A stretch of DNA of 64,000 nucleotides, taken from Acidiferrobacteraceae bacterium. Lineage in GTDB: Bacteria > Pseudomonadota > Gammaproteobacteria > Arenicellales > UBA868. The stretch covers positions 26,921-90,920 of the forward strand of contig PBSU01000024.1 in assembly GCA_002726415.1 (NCBI GenBank). Direction: 5' to 3'. The position numbers were made by a program, and so were the translations under genes. The notes beneath the pieces were generated by a model. It was not told where the DNA came from. It made no database searches and saw only the letters and a list, made by a program, of their open reading frames with translations. Shown one piece after another: positions 58,238 to 64,000 of the stretch. Positions within the stretch are counted from its first letter, which is position 1, and each line of letters begins with the position of its first letter.

Positions 58238-58430
58238 CTGGGGATTAGCCCGCAGACAGTCAACTTTGCATCACTTTCGGTCCCAAATTGGGTCTGTCGA
58301 ATATACTGGGCGCGCATTACCATTTGCCCGCTCAAAATCAAACATGTCGCATAATTGAAAGGTATTTCGGACCTGATCAATTAACATCGATTTTCCCTCA
58401 AGTGACATCGTACTTTCTGTTATCCAGCCA

Positions 58431-59699
58431 ATGAAAGCCTACTCCGCCTGGAATGTCTTCCTTAATGGCCTGTCGGGACAAAAAGGCTGGACACGCGCCT
58501 GGCGCGATCCCGAACCCAGAGCCGAATACGATGTTGTTATCGTCGGCGCGGGGCTACATGGCCTGGCGAGTGCGTATTATCTCGCCAAGAACCACGGTAT
58601 CACAAATATAGCGGTTCTGGAAAAAGGTTGGCTTGGTGGTGGCAATGGCGGCCGCAATACCACCATCGTGCGCTCCAATTACATGATGCCAGGTAACCGC
58701 GAGTTCTACGAGCATTCGTTGAAACTCTGGGAGGAACTCAGTCATGATCTGAATTACAACGTCATGTTCAGTCAACGTGCCCACGTGACGTTGCTGCACA
58801 GTCCCGCCGCCCGGGATGGGGCGGCACGGCGATACAACACCATGCGACTGACCGGCAGTGACGGCGAGTTATGGGACTTACCGACCCTCAAGCGACATAT
58901 ACCTCACCTTAACTATGACGCCGATGCCCGCTTTCCTATCATCGGTGCCACAGTTCAACCCCGTGCCGGCACCGCCCGGCACGATGCGGTCGCCTGGGGC
59001 TATGCTCGCGCGGCCGATCAACGAGGGGTCGACATCATACAAAACTGCGAAGTCACCGGCGTCGACCGCTGTGACGGCCAGGTGAGCGGTCTGCAAACCA
59101 ATCGGGGTGTTATCCGGGCAAAAAAAGTGGGTTTTGCGGTGGCGGGCAATACCTCACGGCTTTGGCGGATGGCTGAATTGGGAAAACTTCCGATCGAATC
59201 GCATAAGTTGCAGGCCTTTGTTTCCGAACCCCTTAAACCTCTTCTCGATCAGGTCGTGGTGTTTGGGGTCGGCGGTGCCCACTTCTATATCTCCCAATCA
59301 GATAAGGGCGGCATGGTATTCGGGGGTGATCTTGACTGGTATAAATCCTACGCCCAGCGCGGCAACCTGCCCCTGGTTCAGGATGTGGCTGAGTGCGCCA
59401 CCTCCATTCTTCCCTGTCTGGGTCGCGTACGACTGCTACGGCACTGGTCTGGCGTTATGGATATGTCGATGGATGGCTCTCCGTTTCTGTGCAAGACACC
59501 GCTCAATAACCTATACCTGAATGCGGGCTGGAATTATGGCGGCTTCAAGGCGAGCCCTGCCTCGGGCTGGTATTTCGCCGACCTGATTGCCAATGATCGT
59601 CCTGACCCGGTGATCGCTAATCACACCCTGGAGCGTTTTGCCCAGGGCGTTAATATCGATGAACGTGGCGCCGGGCCGGACCCGAAACTGCACGGATAG
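58431..59699 (+). CDS. soxB: Heterotetrameric sarcosine oxidase-family beta subunit
   Basis: GAGLHG, GRNTTIVRSNY, GTARHDAVAWGYAR, QAFVSEPLKP, GGFKA. Confidence 0.92.
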   Translation: MKAYSAWNVFLNGLSGQKGWTRAWRDPEPRAEYDVVIVGAGLHGLASAYYLAKNHGITNIAVLEKGWLGGGNGGRNTTIVRSNYMMPGNREFYEHSLKLWEELSHDLNYNVMFSQRAHVTLLHSPAARDGAARRYNTMRLTGSDGELWDLPTLKRHIPHLNYDADARFPIIGATVQPRAGTARHDAVAWGYARAADQRGVDIIQNCEVTGVDRCDGQVSGLQTNRGVIRAKKVGFAVAGNTSRLWRMAELGKLPIESHKLQAFVSEPLKPLLDQVVVFGVGGAHFYISQSDKGGMVFGGDLDWYKSYAQRGNLPLVQDVAECATSILPCLGRVRLLRHWSGVMDMSMDGSPFLCKTPLNNLYLNAGWNYGGFKASPASGWYFADLIANDRPDPVIANHTLERFAQGVNIDERGAGPDPKLHG

Positions 59700-59708
59700 G
59701 CCAGCATC

Positions 59709-60011
59709 ATGTTGAGAATCCCCTGCCCCTTCTGTGGCACCCGTGATCACAGCGAGTTCAGTTATGGCGGTGATGCCTCGGTAGACTACCCCGCGCTCGA
59801 TGCGCCAGCCGAGGCCTGGCTTGAAGCGGTATTCCAGAGAGAAAACATCGACGGCGTACAGGAAGAAACCTGGCAACACCTGCATGGGTGTCGTATGTGG
59901 ATCATCGTCGAACGCGACACGCGTACCCACGAAATCCACTCTGTTCGCCCTGCCCACCCGGGCATGGCACAAACTCAGAGTCCGGAAAGGGGGCCAGCAG
60001 ACAGGTCATGA
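59709..60011 (+). CDS. soxD: Sarcosine oxidase-family delta subunit
   Basis: IPCPFCGTRDHSEFSYGGDA, WQHLHGCRMW, RDTRTHEI (Zn ligands). Confidence 0.93.
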   Translation: MLRIPCPFCGTRDHSEFSYGGDASVDYPALDAPAEAWLEAVFQRENIDGVQEETWQHLHGCRMWIIVERDTRTHEIHSVRPAHPGMAQTQSPERGPADRS

Positions 60012-62992
60012 CGGCTCGTCGACTTCCCAACAGCGGCCACATCGACCGTACCCAGGCTCTGAGTTTCACCTGGGATGGTGAACCCTTAAAAGGCTACGCT
60101 GGCGACACACTTGCGTCCGCTCTGCTTGCCAACAATCAACAGGTCCTGGGTCGCAGTTTCAAATATCACCGGCCCCGTGGCTTGATGTCAGCGGGGGTAG
60201 AGGAGTCCGGTGCCCTGGTGACTGTCGGTCAGGGTGCACGGCGCGATGCCAATGTTCGCGCCACGACTCAAGAGCTTTACCATGGCCTGGTCGCACAAGG
60301 CCAGAATGCCTGGCCCAGTGTTCGCTTGGACGTCGGCGCTGTGAATGGGCTGTTTGGGCGCTTTTTCTCGGCGGGCTTTTACTACAAGACCTTTATGGGA
60401 CTGCCGCCGTTTGAATGGGGTCGCGGCACGGGCATGTGGATGCGTTACGAGAAAATCATCCGCAAAGCCGCGGGGATGGGCAAAGCCTCACGCGCACCAG
60501 ACCCAGACCCCTACGAACATGCCCACGCCTATTGTGAGCTGCTTGTCGTAGGCAGCGGTCCTGCCGGGCGGGCTGCAGCGTTAAGTGCGGCACAGGCGGG
60601 GCTTGATGTGGTCTTAGTCGAACAGGACGCAGTCCTGGGCGGAGACAGCCTGTCTCAGCCCCAAGCTCGCGCGGACCTTGCCCAGGAGATTAAAACCCTG
60701 AGTACGGCCGGGGTGCGTCTGATGCCACGCACGACTGCCTTTGGCCTTTACGATGGGGGTGTTGCTGGCCTGCTTGAGCGGGTCACCGATCATGTCGCTA
60801 CGCCAGCCCCCTGGATGCCGCGGCAGCGCTTTTGGACCTTGCGTGCCCAGTACACCGTCGTTGCCGCTGGCGCGCTCGAACGGCATGTCGCTTTTGGCAA
60901 CAATGACCGCCCCGGTGTGATGACCGCCAACTCGGCCCGCATCTATCTCAATCGCTTTGGCATACGCGGGGGTGAGGATATCCTCATTGCCACTAACAAC
61001 GATTCTGCCTATAGCTGTGCCCAGAATCTCGCCCAGGCCGGCGCCCACATCAAACTGATAGATGCCCGTGACACAGTCCCCCGCCAACTTCGTGCCCAGG
61101 CCGAGCAATCTGGTATAGCGCTTCATACCGGCATGGCTCCGCTTAATGCATTGGGCACCAAGGGCGTGACTGCGGTCGAACTCGCCCAGGGCAATCCGGG
61201 GAACTGGCGCCAGGCGGGTGTCGTCGAGTGCGATCTTGCGTTGATCTCTGGCGGTTGGTCTCCCATTGTTAATTTATTGTCACACCGGGGCATACAGCCT
61301 GTCTGGGATGCCCAACAGGCCTGTTTCCTTCCCGCGCCGACTACTGAACCCCTGGCACTGGCCGGCAGTGCAGCGGGTATCTGGGATCAAGCCGCCTGTG
61401 TGCGCTCCGGACAGGCTGCCACCCAATGCGCATTAGCGCATCTGGCAGGCCAGCCGGTCCCCAAGGCTGACCAGCCCTCTGGTGGCTGGGAAGGTGCCAT
61501 CACCCCGTTGTACGAGGTTAGCGTGCCGCGCCGCAACCCCAAGGCATTTGTTGATCCCCAACACGACGTGACAACGGAGGATATACGCCTGGCACACCGG
61601 GAGGGCTATGTTTCAGTCGAGCACCTCAAGCGTTACACCACGCTGGGAATGGCGACTGATCAGGGGAAAATGGGCAATATCATCGGCCTGGCGCTCATGG
61701 CGCAAGCCCTGGGCAAGGAAATCCCCGAGGTAGGCACTACGACTTTTCGTCCCCCGTACACCCCGATCAGTATCGGCGCGCTTAAAGGCCGGAATATCGG
61801 CGGCCATTTCCGTCCACTGCGCCGTACGCCCCTGCATGACTGGAACCTCAAGCAAGGCGGCACCATGACCATGGCCGGACTCTGGCATAGGCCCTGGTAT
61901 TTTGCCGGCACGGGAGAGACCATCGGCGATGCCTATGTGCGTGAAGCCGAAACCGTTCGTCGCACGGTCGGGCTGTGCGATGTGACGTCCCTGGGCAAGA
62001 TTGCGATTCAAGGGCCCGATGCGACAGAACTGCTAAATCGCGTTTATAGCAACCCTTTCGCCAAACTCCCGGTCGGCAAGGCCCGTTACGGCATCATGTT
62101 GCGCGATGACGGCTTCGTTATGGATGACGGAACGTCCTGGCGCCTTGGTGAAACCGAATACTTCATGACCACAACGACAGCCCATGCCGGCAAGGTCATG
62201 GCCTTCCTCGAGGAACTCTTGCAGACACGCTGGAGCAACCTGCGGGTACACGTGACTTCGGTTTCCGAGCAGTGGGCTGGCGTGGCAGTAGCGGGACCCC
62301 TGTCCCGCCAGGTGCTTGAATCCTGTACTGAAGATCCGGGGTGTGTTGCTGACTCGACATTGCCTTTCATGGGTGTGCTCGAGACTACGCTGAAAGGTGG
62401 CATCCCCTGTCGTATTGCCCGCATCAGTTTTTCCGGGGAGCGCGCCTTCGAAGTTTATGTCCCGTCTGATTTTGGGCCAACCGTCATGCAGGCTCTATGG
62501 GACTCGGCGCGTCCATTAAGAGGTTGCCTGTACGGCCTGGAGGCGCTGGGCGCACTGCGTATTGAAAAAGGACATGTCACGGGTGCTGAACTCGACGGCC
62601 GGGTCACGGTTGAAGACGCAGGCCTTGGCCGTATGGCATCAGATAAGAAATCCTACATCGGCAGCGCACTACGCAAGCGCCCAGACATGACCCGCAAGAA
62701 TCGTCCACGGCTCGTCGGTATCTTTCCGCGGGATCGTCGCGAGATCTTCAACGCCGGCTCACTGTTATGTGCTGCAGACCATGTTGAGGGTTACGGTGAA
62801 GGCTGGATTACGGCCGTCACACACTCTCCGGCGTTGGGTCACTGGATCGGCTTGGGGTTTATCAACGGCGGTTATGGTGAATGGCAGAACCGAGAAGTGA
62901 TCGCCGCCGACCCCTTGCGCAAAGGCAACACGGGAGTTGAAATTGTCTCCCCCCATATGTTCGATGCTGATGGAGAGCGCGTGTATGGCTGA
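60008..62992 (+). CDS. soxA: Sarcosine oxidase-family alpha subunit
   Basis: ATG 60008 overlaps the soxD stop; GDTLASALLAN, RSFKYHRPRG, EHLKRYTTLGMATDQGK, GcvT-like C-half (DVTSLGKI, LRIEKGH). Confidence 0.93.
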   Translation: MTARRLPNSGHIDRTQALSFTWDGEPLKGYAGDTLASALLANNQQVLGRSFKYHRPRGLMSAGVEESGALVTVGQGARRDANVRATTQELYHGLVAQGQNAWPSVRLDVGAVNGLFGRFFSAGFYYKTFMGLPPFEWGRGTGMWMRYEKIIRKAAGMGKASRAPDPDPYEHAHAYCELLVVGSGPAGRAAALSAAQAGLDVVLVEQDAVLGGDSLSQPQARADLAQEIKTLSTAGVRLMPRTTAFGLYDGGVAGLLERVTDHVATPAPWMPRQRFWTLRAQYTVVAAGALERHVAFGNNDRPGVMTANSARIYLNRFGIRGGEDILIATNNDSAYSCAQNLAQAGAHIKLIDARDTVPRQLRAQAEQSGIALHTGMAPLNALGTKGVTAVELAQGNPGNWRQAGVVECDLALISGGWSPIVNLLSHRGIQPVWDAQQACFLPAPTTEPLALAGSAAGIWDQAACVRSGQAATQCALAHLAGQPVPKADQPSGGWEGAITPLYEVSVPRRNPKAFVDPQHDVTTEDIRLAHREGYVSVEHLKRYTTLGMATDQGKMGNIIGLALMAQALGKEIPEVGTTTFRPPYTPISIGALKGRNIGGHFRPLRRTPLHDWNLKQGGTMTMAGLWHRPWYFAGTGETIGDAYVREAETVRRTVGLCDVTSLGKIAIQGPDATELLNRVYSNPFAKLPVGKARYGIMLRDDGFVMDDGTSWRLGETEYFMTTTTAHAGKVMAFLEELLQTRWSNLRVHVTSVSEQWAGVAVAGPLSRQVLESCTEDPGCVADSTLPFMGVLETTLKGGIPCRIARISFSGERAFEVYVPSDFGPTVMQALWDSARPLRGCLYGLEALGALRIEKGHVTGAELDGRVTVEDAGLGRMASDKKSYIGSALRKRPDMTRKNRPRLVGIFPRDRREIFNAGSLLCAADHVEGYGEGWITAVTHSPALGHWIGLGFINGGYGEWQNREVIAADPLRKGNTGVEIVSPHMFDADGERVYG

Positions 62993-63545
62993 GCGACATT
63001 CGCCGTTGGCAACGCACTATGCCCGCGGACTGCATGGTTGTCCCGGGGAGCCGGGCGTGCGCCTGCTTGAGGTGCCTGAGTTGACGCTGTATCAGGTTGC
63101 GACCTGGCCAGAAACCCTACCCCAGGCGGGCGCCTTTGTGGCGCAATGTATTGGCGCCGGTGTGGCGCCGGCATCGGGAGAAACGGTGATCGGGACCAAA
63201 GGGTCCGCGTTACGGGTTGAGCCCCTTAAGTGGTGGATACTCGATACCCCCATTCCCGCCTTGCCTGCAGAAACCGGCGCGACCCTGGATTTATCCCATT
63301 CGCGCAGCCGCATCCGAGTACAAGGGAGTGAAGCCGCGACCTGCCTGAATCGCCTGGCCCCCATCGACCTGCGCGACGGGAGTTTCGCCGTCGGCCGGGT
63401 AGCGTCCAGCGGAATCCACCACGTAGGTGTCACCATCTGGCGCAGTGCTGCCGGTTACGAGCTCTTTTTGCCGCGCGGGTTTGCCTTATCACTCTGGGAG
63501 ATTCTGACGGAAACGGCTGAACAGTTTGGCCTGGAAATCACCTGA
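62985..63545 (+). CDS. soxG: Sarcosine oxidase-family gamma subunit
   Basis: ATG 62985 overlaps soxA end; DLSHSR, PIDLR, RGFALSLWE..AEQFG. Confidence 0.85.
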   Translation: MAERHSPLATHYARGLHGCPGEPGVRLLEVPELTLYQVATWPETLPQAGAFVAQCIGAGVAPASGETVIGTKGSALRVEPLKWWILDTPIPALPAETGATLDLSHSRSRIRVQGSEAATCLNRLAPIDLRDGSFAVGRVASSGIHHVGVTIWRSAAGYELFLPRGFALSLWEILTETAEQFGLEIT

Positions 63546-63582
63546 CCCAGGCGGCTGGAATCGACCTTGCTACCAGGCCCGG

Positions 63583-64000
63583 TCAACCCAGTACCGAGAA
63601 ACTGCTGTCCGGGTTTACTTCGCGCAACCGGGACATCGTTCCCGTATCCAGAACATAGTCCAGGTGTGCCAACTTGAGCTGGAACGGATCCCGGTCATGA
63701 TCGTGACCTCCCTCGCAGTAATCGATCAGGCCCGTCATCAAACGCCCCGCTGCGGGCGCGTTCTTGAACTGATTTCCGCTGGACCCACAGGCCATATAGA
63801 AACCCTCCAGGGCTGAACGGTCGTAAATCGGCAACCAGTCCTCAGTCACATCATACAGATCCACCACGCCCCCCATGCGGCTCGGGACTTTCAGCCCCCG
63901 CATCCGTTGCGCCAGGCGTAGCGCCTGGGTTGTCGCCTGATCGGTGAAGTCGCGGCTAAACTCGTCGGGGTCTACCCATTCGTGGGGATCACAAGGCGGA
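63583..64000 (-). CDS. FAD-dependent oxidoreductase (DAO/SoxB-like), 3' part only
   Basis: Frame open to the window edge (PPCDPHEWVDPD...); DLYDVTEDWLPIYD, GSSGNQFKNAP. Confidence 0.78.
   Translation of the reverse strand, partial: PPCDPHEWVDPDEFSRDFTDQATTQALRLAQRMRGLKVPSRMGGVVDLYDVTEDWLPIYDRSALEGFYMACGSSGNQFKNAPAAGRLMTGLIDYCEGGHDHDRDPFQLKLAHLDYVLDTGTMSRLREVNPDSSFSVLG

Noticed and set aside
58238-58430. GbdR/SouR-type operator upstream of soxB (ATGTCGC ... GTGACAT)
   Set aside because: Half-sites are far apart and I cannot match them reliably to a consensus.
59888-60007. N-terminal extension of SoxA overlapping soxD
   Set aside because: ATG 60008 gives the normal SoxA N-terminus and an ATGA coupling with soxD.

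Overview
Bacterial chromosomal window of moderately high GC. The core genes (trpS-scpAB-rluB, pcnB-folK, ffh-rpsP-rimM-trmD-rplS, xerD, tesA-ybbAP) suggest a gammaproteobacterium, and the cargo suggests a marine one; both are inferences. Between the core blocks lie modules for scavenging organic N and S: a DddP-like/dipeptidase-like/unknown/DUF3726/MFS operon, a non-pyrrolysine MttB-family methyltransferase, a complete reductive pyrimidine catabolism operon with two RutR boxes, a polyamine-type ABC transporter with PuuA/PuuB-like enzymes, and a heterotetrameric sarcosine oxidase (soxBDAG). The strongest unannotated structure is a tRNA-Glu(CTC) gene (7946-8020) whose 3' half recurs as a degenerate direct repeat about 2.06 kb downstream (10038-10079, 35/42 identical, starting at the anticodon). 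The two copies bracket a single gene, an Amt-HAMP-GGDEF fusion predicted to be an ammonium-sensing diguanylate cyclase, which looks like an integrase-less tRNA-anchored islet. No CRISPR array, rRNA or transposase was seen. All calls come from reading motifs by eye; no database searches were run.
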